A DNA stretch of 64,000 nucleotides from Candidatus Bathyarchaeota archaeon (GTDB lineage Archaea > Thermoproteota > Bathyarchaeia > Bathyarchaeales > Bathycorpusculaceae), in NCBI GenBank assembly GCA_963828195.1, contig CAWHDT010000005.1:1-64000 (forward strand). Direction: 5' to 3'. Positions 47,928 to 57,983 of this stretch are shown here, one piece after another. The notes beneath the pieces were generated by a model. The model saw only the letters and a program-made list of their open reading frames with translations, made no database searches and had not been told where the DNA came from. Positions within the stretch are counted from its first letter, which is position 1. The number at the start of each line of letters is the position of its first letter. A program made the translations under genes and the position numbers.

Positions 47928-49115
47928 CTAAAAATGTTTTTGACCGAGTAAAAATTCTGGAGTAATTTGGTCATCTGGCACCTCATGTTCCTCGGGCAGA
48001 TAGATGTAGACACATATGTCTAATTGAGACATGTACTGGCACATAAGAGGTCCAACTTGAGCCCATTTAAGTCCACCTAGCCCACAGCCGAGAGCTGGAA
48101 GCGCCAAACTCTTAATTCCTTCCTTATTGTAATTTTCGACTATCCACTTAAGCCCAGCTTCAACATCGCGTACATCCGAATTGTCGCTCCAATGCTTTTT
48201 GGTGGGGAATAAAAGAAACCACGTTTCTCCATTGATATTTTTTATTGTAGATGGCTCGTCTGCAAACTCACAGTCAAAAGATAATTCCCTTTTGTATAAT
48301 GCAGGGGTTCCCATTTTGAGTTCATGTCTTTTGCATAAATCCTGATAATGAACATAGACATCGGGGAATTGGTATTTTGCTCTTGATGCGACCCCTTTCC
48401 CCATGACGCCGCCGATATTCACACTTACGGTTAACGTTTGTCCTAACGAGAAGAACATGTCGCCGTCAAGAACGGAAAGTAAGGGCGTAATTTGTCTGCT
48501 TCGAATTGGCTGGAAGAATAAACTAGGGACATAAATGAATTCGATATGTCGCGGATCGTTTAGAATCCGCTGCATTTTGTTCTTTGAATTGCAATCAGCA
48601 AAATAAATCGAGCGAACATAGCCAGGCGGAATCTCATCGGGAACTAAACATTCAGCCATAATTGTTCTTTTTGAGCCGTCAACTTCATTCCAATATTCAC
48701 GGTTTATCTGATTTAAAATTGTAGGCAGAATTCTATTCTTCTCTGCAATGGGTATTATTTCCGATTGAGAGTGTGCTGCATTGCCAGTTGTGATGTAAAT
48801 ATCATCGCGGTCTAGAATTCGTTTATCGACACCTACAACCGCAATCTGGTCAAGAGGATTATTGCGAATGACGGTAAAAAGCATCGGGTTTCTTGCTTGG
48901 AAATAGAGGTTCGCAAAATTCCAAAGACTTCTGCCATCGGGAACAGTTATGTTTTCTCTTCTGCAAACTACATCCTTGTTATATATCCTTTCAAAGTCAA
49001 CTCCTTCTTCTACAATCTTGCTATGACTCAGTATGCCGGTTTTTAGAATTGACTCTAAGTTTTTTACGTGAGTAATGTAGTACAACTCTCTTAGGAAGTT
49101 ACGTCGGCTTTGCAT
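47928..49115 (-). CDS. darTG: Fusion of DarT ssDNA ADP-ribosyltransferase (DUF4433) and DarG-type macrodomain
   Basis: DarT: LYYITHVKNL.SIL..GILS, ANLYFQARNPML, TTGNAA, MAECLV. Macro: GDMF, VNIGGVMGKGVA, FPTKKHW, SLALPALGCGLGGL.W. Confidence 0.9.
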   Translation of the reverse strand: MQSRRNFLRELYYITHVKNLESILKTGILSHSKIVEEGVDFERIYNKDVVCRRENITVPDGRSLWNFANLYFQARNPMLFTVIRNNPLDQIAVVGVDKRILDRDDIYITTGNAAHSQSEIIPIAEKNRILPTILNQINREYWNEVDGSKRTIMAECLVPDEIPPGYVRSIYFADCNSKNKMQRILNDPRHIEFIYVPSLFFQPIRSRQITPLLSVLDGDMFFSLGQTLTVSVNIGGVMGKGVASRAKYQFPDVYVHYQDLCKRHELKMGTPALYKRELSFDCEFADEPSTIKNINGETWFLLFPTKKHWSDNSDVRDVEAGLKWIVENYNKEGIKSLALPALGCGLGGLKWAQVGPLMCQYMSQLDICVYIYLPEEHEVPDDQITPEFLLGQKHF

Positions 49116-49357
49116 GCACTCTAAACCTTACTTATTCCTGTTATTGCATAATTACAATAAAACACTTTTGTGGCAGAGGTGCTAAACTAACCTTTAGGTA
49201 TTGTTTTTAATTGGCAGCTTACGGCAATCAACAGAGTCTTTAGATGCGCGGAAGTGCCCTTTAGAGAGGTGTACTCGTTACTCGAGGTGTTTTTGCTTTT
49301 GTTATAAACAATAGTGAAATCCTAATCATCGACAGGATAAATGCCCATATAATCAAC

Positions 49358-49558
49358 TTATCTTATTGCTTCGTCTATCTTTAAGTCCCGCCGCGTTTGG
49401 GTAACTTCCTTGAAAAGCTCCAAACATTCCTTTTTTGTGGGCGCCTCAACGCTGATGCTTCCGTAAGCCCCTATGTCAATTCTGTACTTTTTAGCTTCAA
49501 CATCATCGTTTTGACCCATAAATCGCCCCTCTCCATCAGCCATTTTCCGCTGATTCAT
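49358..49558 (-). CDS. Small hypothetical protein
   Basis: ORF with normal composition and a TATA-like CTTATA upstream. Confidence 0.45.
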   Translation of the reverse strand: MNQRKMADGEGRFMGQNDDVEAKKYRIDIGAYGSISVEAPTKKECLELFKEVTQTRRDLKIDEAIR

Positions 49559-49834
49559 TGCAACAATGCTTATGGCTTATAAGTTTAATTCATATGCGCC
49601 GATATTTCCAAAACAATATAGCGCCAACCAGTTTGCTTGAAAACTCATATTTAGGCGCTCGGAGGCTGCCATTTAGGGTAGTGCACCTGCTGTCCGCTGT
49701 GTTTTTGCTTTGCAATTTGGGGGTTATGCGCATACTCCTGCCAATTCAGAAGACATTAGCTTCAAGCCCAATTAACCGAATCGTCGGCATAACTTTAATA
49801 CATCGTTATGTTTTGTTGACATTTCGGATGGCAA

Positions 49835-50053
49835 ATGAAAAGGCATGAAGCAGTGGCTTTGCTGAAAGAATTAAGCTCTGAGAATTTATTGCATCCGTCT
49901 TGGGTGCTTATTGACCAGCGAAAGCCCGATAGATTTCAGCTATGTGTTAAAGGCGGTTATGACCGTCGCGGAATAGAGGTCTTTGTTCAAAAATACAATT
50001 TGGCGATTGAAGAAGACTTAACAAAAGGGCTTCTGTGCATTTTTAAGGCGTAG
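49835..50053 (+). CDS. Small hypothetical protein
   Basis: 72-aa ORF MKRHEAVALLKEL... Confidence 0.6.
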   Translation: MKRHEAVALLKELSSENLLHPSWVLIDQRKPDRFQLCVKGGYDRRGIEVFVQKYNLAIEEDLTKGLLCIFKA

Positions 50054-50090
50054 AAAACTTTGGAAACAGGTTTTCTGAGACAGTACCTTT

Positions 50091-50657
50091 TTACTTCTTT
50101 ACCCAAACATGGGTGATTTCCCCAAAAACAAATTTACGATAAACGTTTGCTTCTTTGTAAGCTTCGTTTATAGCGTCTTTAGCATCTTGCGTGCAAAAAT
50201 CATTGGGATCGGCGGTGGTAAGCGCCGTTAATTTACATTCAAAGATTAGTCTGGCTTCTTTGAAAGACATATCTCCACACGGAGTTTGAACACTTGCCAA
50301 TTCAACTTCCCTCATTTTCTCACTATCCCTTCCGGATTTACTTCCCAAAAAAAGCATTTGCTCCCTAAACTCACTCGGGAAATAAGACATAGTGTATGTT
50401 TGCTCTTTTTGAATCAGCTCAAGCGTATAACGGTCTGCACGAAGAATACACCACGTAGTAGGTTTCCTGAAAAGAAGCCCCAAACCGCCCCCACTGCCCA
50501 CCATGGAATTAAAATGATCTGCCTTGCCCGCAGTAAGAACGAAAAAATCTTTTCCAACCAACGTAAAAACATTGTCACATATCTCTTCCGGAGAAATTTG
50601 CTTAAAAAATTGATCAAAATTCATCTCTTTGACAGTTACAGGATTTGTTTTTTCCAT
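50091..50657 (-). CDS. Flavin reductase-like FMN-binding protein
   Basis: LTAG...FNSM, RYTLE, GSKSGRD..K, EARLIFECK, GEI; ATG 50657. Confidence 0.85.
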   Translation of the reverse strand: MEKTNPVTVKEMNFDQFFKQISPEEICDNVFTLVGKDFFVLTAGKADHFNSMVGSGGGLGLLFRKPTTWCILRADRYTLELIQKEQTYTMSYFPSEFREQMLFLGSKSGRDSEKMREVELASVQTPCGDMSFKEARLIFECKLTALTTADPNDFCTQDAKDAINEAYKEANVYRKFVFGEITHVWVKK

Positions 50658-51095
50658 ATCAAACCCCTTATACAAATTATAATCCTCCTTAATAAGAGTC
50701 AAAGCTTTGTGATAGCGTTGGACGCAGAATTCGTGGAAATAGTGCGCTAACAAAAAACACACATCACTTCACCAAAGCCCTTTTAGTCCGGGACGATGTT
50801 GATTCGATGGGGGATGATGTCGCCGTCCCAGTCTGATTGGGAAAGATGAAGATTGAAAATTGACAGACCCCGAACTGCTTCTCCGCGGCTTAACCGTTTT
50901 TGCGGAAGAAGAAGAAGAAAAATTGTTTTTTTGGGCTTCTTCTTCTTCTTTTGAATAAATATTGCCGAGAAGAACAACAGTTGTTTTCTGGGTGTTGTTG
51001 TTCCTTCATTTTTAAAAAAAGGATCGGGCAGCGGGGTTGCCATTGTTTTTTATAGTTGCTAAATTATAGGTTTTGTTTATTGGTGCATTTCGGGT

Positions 51096-51353
51096 ATGGC
51101 GAGGGTGCGGAAGAGTGCGGTGCAGATTCGCTTTGAAATCTTAGAGTACCTGTTCTTTAATTCTAAGCCTCAGCTGCGCACTGTGATCTGGCGGAAATCC
51201 ACGAATCTTAGCTACGACGATTTCCTTAAACATTTGGCGTTTCTGGAAGAGAAGAAGCTGGTGAAGGAAACAGCGGAGGGCTACACCAACTTGACGGAGG
51301 AAGGCAGAAAGCTGTATCTTGACCTGCGCAAGTCGCTTCCATCCATACTGTAG
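51096..51353 (+). CDS. wHTH transcriptional regulator
   Basis: RKS..QI..EIL, NLSYDDF..HL..L, LTEEG. Confidence 0.8.
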   Translation: MARVRKSAVQIRFEILEYLFFNSKPQLRTVIWRKSTNLSYDDFLKHLAFLEEKKLVKETAEGYTNLTEEGRKLYLDLRKSLPSIL

Positions 51354-51413
51354 CATTCACTTGAGGTGCACTACATATAAAAACAAAAAAAGCGGGTAAA
51401 TGGTGGAGTCAAA

Positions 51414-51764
51414 ATGTCTAAAGAAAACCGCGATGACAAGCAGTACCCAGTCAGGTCGTTGCATGACTTTCTGTTTGAGCTGGATAAGGAATGGACGAAA
51501 TTCCGAAACGGCACCTTAATCGGGCTTGGATCTTCAGCTGTCCTGTTCATCGTTGTCCTCTGGCTTATACTTAGAACCAGGCATTTCGGGCTTGGACTCG
51601 TGGGTTTTGCGCTTCTGATAATCGCAGCTGTCATTTTAGCCTACAGCGTTTACGCGATGTACGCGCAGTACCGTTTCCTCAACAAGTGGGAGCGCCGCAT
51701 CGGTTTGCTTTTGCACACGGAAGAAGAGATGCTGTCGGATAAGCTGGGCGACGCTAAGGCTTAA
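51414..51764 (+). CDS. Hypothetical two-TM membrane protein
   Basis: Two hydrophobic helices. Confidence 0.7.
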   Translation: MSKENRDDKQYPVRSLHDFLFELDKEWTKFRNGTLIGLGSSAVLFIVVLWLILRTRHFGLGLVGFALLIIAAVILAYSVYAMYAQYRFLNKWERRIGLLLHTEEEMLSDKLGDAKA

Positions 51765-51856
51765 TGTACATTTTTGGTGCATATCACAAGTGCGGCTTGC
51801 TTTTTAAAGACAACAACGAAGACTTGATTAATGAAAAGGTTGGAGGAACAAAAAAC

Positions 51857-52363
51857 ATGGTTAGTTTAACTAAAAAAAGCAAAATCGCGTTAGCCGCGAT
51901 AGTTACATTGGCAATTGTTTTGGCGGTTACAGTTCCGTATGTTAGCGCTCAAACCATCGCGAACAACGCCGCCACAAACATAAGAACCCTAAATGCCCGA
52001 GGCAACATTTACCAAACAATCAGCAGCAACACAATACAGTATTACAAGGCAAACTTGACCCTCACAGTTCAGCCGACAACAACCAGCGGCAACATCAAAT
52101 ACTTCGACGTCACAGGCGGCTCACTGGTCACAGCTAACGGCGTTACATACACGTTTACAAGCGGAAACGGCGGAGTCTTAACGGGGAAACATGATGTTCT
52201 TTTGCAGGCGCAGGGAACAGACGCCAACGGGAACCCAGTAACGCTGAAAATTGCGGCGCAATACTCCTACTCGTTCCTCGCAGGCAAAGTAGCTTTGAAA
52301 ATCGGCGCTAAACTGGAAACGGCAGACGCAAACTACACTCTCCTAATGCTGGCGCCAATCTAA
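51857..52363 (+). CDS. Exported protein
   Basis: GGAGG SD then ATG 51857 (MVSLTKKSK + signal peptide). Confidence 0.75.
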   Translation: MVSLTKKSKIALAAIVTLAIVLAVTVPYVSAQTIANNAATNIRTLNARGNIYQTISSNTIQYYKANLTLTVQPTTTSGNIKYFDVTGGSLVTANGVTYTFTSGNGGVLTGKHDVLLQAQGTDANGNPVTLKIAAQYSYSFLAGKVALKIGAKLETADANYTLLMLAPI

Positions 52364-52580
52364 GCGTTACAGCAAATTTTTTTTCTTTTCTTTCGTGTTC
52401 TTTTTTGACGTACCCAAAATGCTCTTAAGTTAAGGCGCTAAATAGCGTGCCAAAATCGTTGGCATTACGTATATAAGTTGGCGCTCAAAATATTAAATTA
52501 GAAGTATCCAGCCATTCGACTTTCGAAACGGCTTGTTTTTGCCAAATCAAAAATCGCTAAAACCGAGGTTACGCAACTTT

Positions 52581-54740
52581 ATGTATGAATCAAACGAATC
52601 TGTTAAGCTTCCTCCGAGGATCGGCAGGTTATCTGAGCTTGCCAATAACCTTTGGTGGAGCTGGCATGAAGAGGGGCGGCAGGTTTTCCGCTCGCTCGAT
52701 TATGCTTTCTGGCGAACCAGTGAACATAACCCAGTTAAGCAGCTGCGAAGCATAAGCATGGAAAAGTTGGAGGCGGCGGCTAGGGACCCTGCTTTTCTGG
52801 AGCAGTACGATGCGGTTATGCAGCGGTTTGATGAAGAAATGATGCGGGGACATGAATGGTGCGGCAAAACGGACCTTGAAAAACCCAATGGGCAAATCGC
52901 TTATTTCTCCGCTGAATACGCCCTCCAAGAGTCGCTGCCCATCTACGCGGGCGGCTTAGGCGTTTTGGCAGGCGACATATGCAAGGAATCTTCAGACCGA
53001 GGGCTTCCGCTGGTTGCAATTGGATTCATGTATCCACAGGGCTACTTTCACCAACGCATCTCGCCTGAAGGAGACCAGCAGGAAGATTACACTCAACTTG
53101 ACTTTGATGACGCCCCCATCTCGCCGTGTGCGTGGCCTGAAAGCTGTGGACCGCAGATTCCGATTCAACTCGCCGACCGCCTGCTGTACGTCAAAGTGTG
53201 GCAGGTAAGGGTTGGCCGCGTTAACTTGTACTTGATGGACACAAATGTTGAAGAAAATAATCCTCAAGACAGAATGTTGTCCGCGCGCCTCTACACAGCT
53301 GACGAAGAAGAACGGCTGCGGCAACTGATCGTTTTAGGCGTGGGCGGAGTGCGAACGCTGCGCGAACTCCACGTGGAACCAGTTGTTTGGCACGCTAACG
53401 AAGACCACACGGCTTTCATGATGCTTGAACGCCTCCGAATAGAACGGGCAAACGGCGCCTCCCTCAGTGAAGCCATCGAAAACGTCCGCAGATGCACAGT
53501 TTTCACAACCCATACCCCTGTTCCCGCGGGGCACCACGTCTTCAGCTTTCAACTGATGGATCATTATTCACGGAACCTTTGGGAATCACTAGGAATCGAC
53601 AGAGAAACTTTCCTTAAGCTGGGGAGGTACGAAGGGTTTGCGCCGGAAAAATTCAATCTAACCGCCTTTGCCCTTCGAATGTCTGGTCAAGCCAACGGCG
53701 TATCTAAACTGCATGGCAAAGTCACCAGGCGAATGTGGCATGTTCTTTGGCCAGATAAACCTGAAGATCAAGTTCCCATAATATCCATAACAAACGGGGT
53801 GCATTTGCCAAGTTGGCAAGCCCCTGAAATTAAGGAGCTCTGCGAAAAACATCTGGGTCCAGAATGTCTGCAGAAGCAGGATGAAGAGGAAATTTGGAAA
53901 TGCGTGGAAGACATACCTGACGAAGAACTGTGGCAGGTGCGGCGGACACTGAAGACGCGGTTGATAAGCACCATTCAGGATCGAGCTCAACGGCGGTGGA
54001 CGCAGGATTCAGCCACCACACAGCAGGTGATCGCTATGGGTTCCCTTCTTGACCCCTACGCTTTAACAGTGGCTTTTGCACGTCGATTCACCGAGTACAA
54101 GCGGCCTTACCTCATTGTATCCGACATTGAACGACTCAAACGCATAGTAACAAACCCCGTGAGACCCGTGCAGATAATTTTCGCGGGCAAATCACACCCA
54201 GCGGACTGGCAGTCAAAGCAGCTTCTTAAACAGGTTTACCGCGTAGTTTTGGACAGGGGATTTCAAGGTCGCATCGCCTTCGTCGAAGACTATGACCTTG
54301 ATGTGGCAAGGGAGCTTGTGCGGGGCGTTGATGTTTGGCTTAACATGCCACGGCGGCTTCAGGAGGCGTGTGGGACAAGCGGGATGAAGGCTTCGATGAA
54401 TGGAGTAATCAACTTTAGCGTTCGCGACGGATGGTGGGATGAAGCATACAACGGCAAAAACGGGTGGGCAATCGGCGATTCACAGGTAAGCAGTCCTGAA
54501 GAAGAAGATAGAAAAGACGCTGAGTCATTCTATAACTTGCTTGAAAACGAAATCGCGCCGCTCTACTACGACTTAGACCGCAGGGGCATACCGCACCAGT
54601 GGATAAAAATCGTTAAAGAAGCCATAAAAACCATCACCCCAGCTTTCAGCGCCTGCCAAATGATGAAAGAATACACGCAGGAAATGTACTTGTCTGCTGC
54701 CGGACAGCAAGTGCAAAAAAATAATCTGGCGGAGGGATAA
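52581..54740 (+). CDS. glgP: Alpha-glucan (glycogen/maltodextrin) phosphorylase
   Basis: NLWWSW, YFSAEY, YAGGLGVLAGD, FARRFTEYKR, EACGTSGMKASMNG (PLP lysine); ATG 52581. Confidence 0.96.
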   Translation: MYESNESVKLPPRIGRLSELANNLWWSWHEEGRQVFRSLDYAFWRTSEHNPVKQLRSISMEKLEAAARDPAFLEQYDAVMQRFDEEMMRGHEWCGKTDLEKPNGQIAYFSAEYALQESLPIYAGGLGVLAGDICKESSDRGLPLVAIGFMYPQGYFHQRISPEGDQQEDYTQLDFDDAPISPCAWPESCGPQIPIQLADRLLYVKVWQVRVGRVNLYLMDTNVEENNPQDRMLSARLYTADEEERLRQLIVLGVGGVRTLRELHVEPVVWHANEDHTAFMMLERLRIERANGASLSEAIENVRRCTVFTTHTPVPAGHHVFSFQLMDHYSRNLWESLGIDRETFLKLGRYEGFAPEKFNLTAFALRMSGQANGVSKLHGKVTRRMWHVLWPDKPEDQVPIISITNGVHLPSWQAPEIKELCEKHLGPECLQKQDEEEIWKCVEDIPDEELWQVRRTLKTRLISTIQDRAQRRWTQDSATTQQVIAMGSLLDPYALTVAFARRFTEYKRPYLIVSDIERLKRIVTNPVRPVQIIFAGKSHPADWQSKQLLKQVYRVVLDRGFQGRIAFVEDYDLDVARELVRGVDVWLNMPRRLQEACGTSGMKASMNGVINFSVRDGWWDEAYNGKNGWAIGDSQVSSPEEEDRKDAESFYNLLENEIAPLYYDLDRRGIPHQWIKIVKEAIKTITPAFSACQMMKEYTQEMYLSAAGQQVQKNNLAEG

Positions 54741-54741
54741 G

Positions 54742-55941
54742 ATGGAGACTCAAAAGAATTTTGCCCAAATGTTTTTTGACGAAGCAGACGCCTTTATGAT
54801 CGCCATCGGCAGCGACGAAATTGTTACCGACGTCAACAAAAAGGCATGTGAAATTCTAGGATATACTCGAGATGAGCTTCGGGGTAAAAACTGGTTTGAC
54901 AATTTTATTCCAGAAGCAAAAAGAGAAGACGCTAAATTTTTTTTCCATGACATGCTAAGCGGGACTCTTCGCCACATCCATTCTGAGCATCCAATCGTCA
55001 CTAAGCAAGGGGATGAACGGGTGTTTAATTTTCACAATGTACTAGTCAGCGACGAAAACGGCAACATTATTGGAACTCTTAGCTCAGGTGAAGAAGTCAC
55101 TGAGCAGAGGCGAAAAGAAAGGCTCTTACAAGAGGCTGAGAACCAACTGAACCTTTCTCTGGATTCCATGCTTGAGGGCTGTCAAATCATCGATTACGAT
55201 TGGCGGTACATCTACGTGAATGAGGCGGCGGCTAAGCAGGGGCGCAAGACGAAAGAGGAGTTGCTTGGTTACACGATGATGCAGGTTTATTTGGGCATAG
55301 ATAGGACGGAAATGTTTAGTCACCTTCGAAACTGCATGACCAACCGTGTTCCCCACCAGATGGATAATGAGTTTCTTTTTTCAGATGGGTCCAAAGGCTG
55401 GTTTGAACTGCACATGGAGCCTGTTCCTGGCGGAGTCTTGATTTTATCGATAGATATCACCAAGGAAAAGGAGGAAGAAGCCGAACTGAACCGGTACCGT
55501 TACAGGCTTGAGGAGGTGGTGGCGCAGCGCACCGCTGAATATGCAAAGGCAAACGAGGAGCTGAACCGGGAAATTCAGGAGCATCAAAAGATGGAGGAAG
55601 GGCTCAAACTGAGAGCAACAATTCTGGATAACGTGAGAGAAGCCATTTTTCTCGTGAACATTAAGGGAGATTTTGCCTACGCAAACGAGGCTGCGTTGAA
55701 AGCATACGGCTATAGCCTTGATGAATTCCTCAACATGAATATTCGTTCACTGCTTCATCCTGAAGACGTGCACTCATTCGAGGTGCTTCTGAAAAATATC
55801 GTTGAAAAAACACAGACCACCCCCGAAATGGTTCACGTGCGCAAAGACAAATCCTTAATGACGGTAAAGATACACAGCAGCTTGGTAAAAACAATGCATG
55901 GCAGATTCATCGTTCTTGTTGTCCGGGAAGTCGCAGCTTAA
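54742..55941 (+). CDS. Multi-PAS sensor protein with no output domain
   Basis: Three PAS-like blocks (VNKKACEILGY, YVNEAA, YANEAA..YGY) and a coiled coil; no HisKA or GGDEF domain. Confidence 0.85.
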   Translation: METQKNFAQMFFDEADAFMIAIGSDEIVTDVNKKACEILGYTRDELRGKNWFDNFIPEAKREDAKFFFHDMLSGTLRHIHSEHPIVTKQGDERVFNFHNVLVSDENGNIIGTLSSGEEVTEQRRKERLLQEAENQLNLSLDSMLEGCQIIDYDWRYIYVNEAAAKQGRKTKEELLGYTMMQVYLGIDRTEMFSHLRNCMTNRVPHQMDNEFLFSDGSKGWFELHMEPVPGGVLILSIDITKEKEEEAELNRYRYRLEEVVAQRTAEYAKANEELNREIQEHQKMEEGLKLRATILDNVREAIFLVNIKGDFAYANEAALKAYGYSLDEFLNMNIRSLLHPEDVHSFEVLLKNIVEKTQTTPEMVHVRKDKSLMTVKIHSSLVKTMHGRFIVLVVREVAA

Positions 55942-57395
55942 TATTTTATTATGAGCATTGTGCCGTTTCCGCTTGTCAATGCGTAGACGATGGTTACGTT
56001 AGAAGGGTTAGTTCCCGAATTAACCAGAGAGGACTGAGAATTAGCGTATTCTGCATGGTTTTGATTGGAGTTAGAAACCTGATTTAGAGACGCTTGACCA
56101 GTCGAGGAAAGAACCTGAAGGTTTGGGTTTTGCAAACTGTATATTTGCTCGATTGTCGGGTTAAAAGTCATATTGGTGCTGACCAATATTATGTGGTCGC
56201 CCAATGAATCGGTGCTTAAGCCTTTAACGTAAGTTGCTCCGCCCGCCAGCACATTTTTCGGCGTAACGTACCCTGATTGCAGGTTAACTAAAGCGTAAGT
56301 GGTTGTGATCCCCGCCACAATTATTATGCAGGTAAGCATGACTGCAACTATTAGTTTGCTAGGTTTGAGTCTTTTTGGTTTGGCTGATGTTAATTTATGT
56401 ATGTTGCTTAAACGCAAATCTATTTTCGGGTGACCTGAAAGTATTTGCGGTCGATGAATAATTGGTGATGATATAAGAAGATTTGAGGTTAAACTAATTA
56501 ATTTGTTTTCGCCGGGCAGGTTTTGAAGAGCCTTGGTGATTTTTGTCAATGCGATTGCTAAGCTTTCCGGTTTCTGCAAAAGTTTTGCTCCGTTTTCGTC
56601 CGCCAGCATTTCTCTTTCCCGTTGACTATTGAAAAACGCAAAGTATGCTAGAGGATTGAAGAATGAAATAACCGTTAAAGAGTTTGAGATGGTTTTAAAA
56701 AGGAAATCGTGGTTTTTGACGTGAGCAAGTTCGTGAGAGGCTACTGCCAATAATTCCTCTTTATTTAAAACATTTAAAATTCCCACGGTGAAAACAAGTT
56801 TTGCTCTGCGTCCATTTCCCAAGATGAATGCATTTGGGCGCAGGTCTTCAACGAGGGCAACTTGCGGACTTGAAATAGATAGTTTCTTGGAGATTTCAGC
56901 TACTTCTTTTTGAAGCCAGCCGTACTCGTTTGAGTCTAAGTTGATTACGTTTAGAAGTTTTGAGGCTAACCAATTACCCATACTAATTGTTGTGACCGCG
57001 TAGATGCCTCCTATTGCCAAGCCTGCTAAGCAGATAATTCCCGTTATTGACAGAATCGAATTTGTCGAATAACCCACTACTGTAACCATAGTTTGTGCCA
57101 AGGACGGTTGAAAACGGAACGGGTTTAAAAACGCGAGTCCTTGGGGAACAGGCATGTTGAAGGAACCGATTAAATGGTAAGAAATCGCTTGTATTACAGT
57201 TTTAGGCGGGAACGAAAACATTACGAAGAGTGGTGCAGCTAAGGGAATTAGGTAAATCAAGCTTTTGGTTTTGCTGCCTATAAATGGGCAACATTTTACG
57301 ACTATTTTTATGCAAACAAACGATATTGTTAATGCTATGATGGAGTAGTAAAAGTAGGGTTGAAAGACCTGAACAAATAAGTCTTCAAAGCTCAC
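55938..57395 (-). CDS. BlaR1/M56- or HtpX/M48-like membrane metallopeptidase
   Basis: TM segments, PNAF, HELAH, REMLAD, HP...RL; downstream of a BlaI-like gene. Confidence 0.85.
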   Translation of the reverse strand: MSFEDLFVQVFQPYFYYSIIALTISFVCIKIVVKCCPFIGSKTKSLIYLIPLAAPLFVMFSFPPKTVIQAISYHLIGSFNMPVPQGLAFLNPFRFQPSLAQTMVTVVGYSTNSILSITGIICLAGLAIGGIYAVTTISMGNWLASKLLNVINLDSNEYGWLQKEVAEISKKLSISSPQVALVEDLRPNAFILGNGRRAKLVFTVGILNVLNKEELLAVASHELAHVKNHDFLFKTISNSLTVISFFNPLAYFAFFNSQREREMLADENGAKLLQKPESLAIALTKITKALQNLPGENKLISLTSNLLISSPIIHRPQILSGHPKIDLRLSNIHKLTSAKPKRLKPSKLIVAVMLTCIIIVAGITTTYALVNLQSGYVTPKNVLAGGATYVKGLSTDSLGDHIILVSTNMTFNPTIEQIYSLQNPNLQVLSSTGQASLNQVSNSNQNHAEYANSQSSLVNSGTNPSNVTIVYALTSGNGTMLIIKY

Positions 57396-57425
57396 TTTAA
57401 CCGCCCCTTCGAATTATCCTATTTT

Positions 57426-57869
57426 TTATTTCCTTTTTATTTTGTTAAGTTGCTCTTGGAGTACGGTGCGTTCTTTTTCATCCATATTAGCTTCTTCAAT
57501 TAAACAGCTAGTTACTGCTTCGCCGAAATTACCGATTAAGCTTGCGAGAACCTCTCTTACCGCTGATTTTTGAAAGCTTATTTTTTCAAGTTTAGGCCAG
57601 TAAACATAGTAGAGTCCGCCTCTGCCTTTTTCTATTTTCCTGTCAAGTAAGCCTTTCTCGAAAAGTCTATCCATGGTTGACATGACGGTTGTGTAAGCTA
57701 TTTTTTTGCTTTTGTTTAAGGCAGCGTAGATTTCTCTGACTGTTATGGGCGCTTTTTTTGAACCCCATATTGCCTCCATGATGTTGGATTCCAGTGGACC
57801 AAGAAAGGCTTCTAATGCTTTGCCATCTATGTTGTATTGTGAGAACCCTGGTTTTATCTCTTCAGTCAT
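57426..57869 (-). CDS. BlaI/MecI/CopY-family repressor
   Basis: LGPLE..IM..IW, TVREI, AYTTVMSTMDRL.EKGLL.R. Confidence 0.92.
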   Translation of the reverse strand: MTEEIKPGFSQYNIDGKALEAFLGPLESNIMEAIWGSKKAPITVREIYAALNKSKKIAYTTVMSTMDRLFEKGLLDRKIEKGRGGLYYVYWPKLEKISFQKSAVREVLASLIGNFGEAVTSCLIEEANMDEKERTVLQEQLNKIKRK

Positions 57870-57983
57870 AGCTTCAGATCACCATACTATCATCTATAGT
57901 AGCTCTTTAAGCTTTCGAAAAAAACGCTCACCATTTCCTTAACCTGAATTTACAAAAAAAGAAAAATTAGAAACTTGCCATTT

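Noticed and set aside
50905-50948. (GAA)n / (TTC)n 13-bp inverted repeat
   Set aside because: Low-complexity trinucleotide runs; single occurrence and no associated feature.
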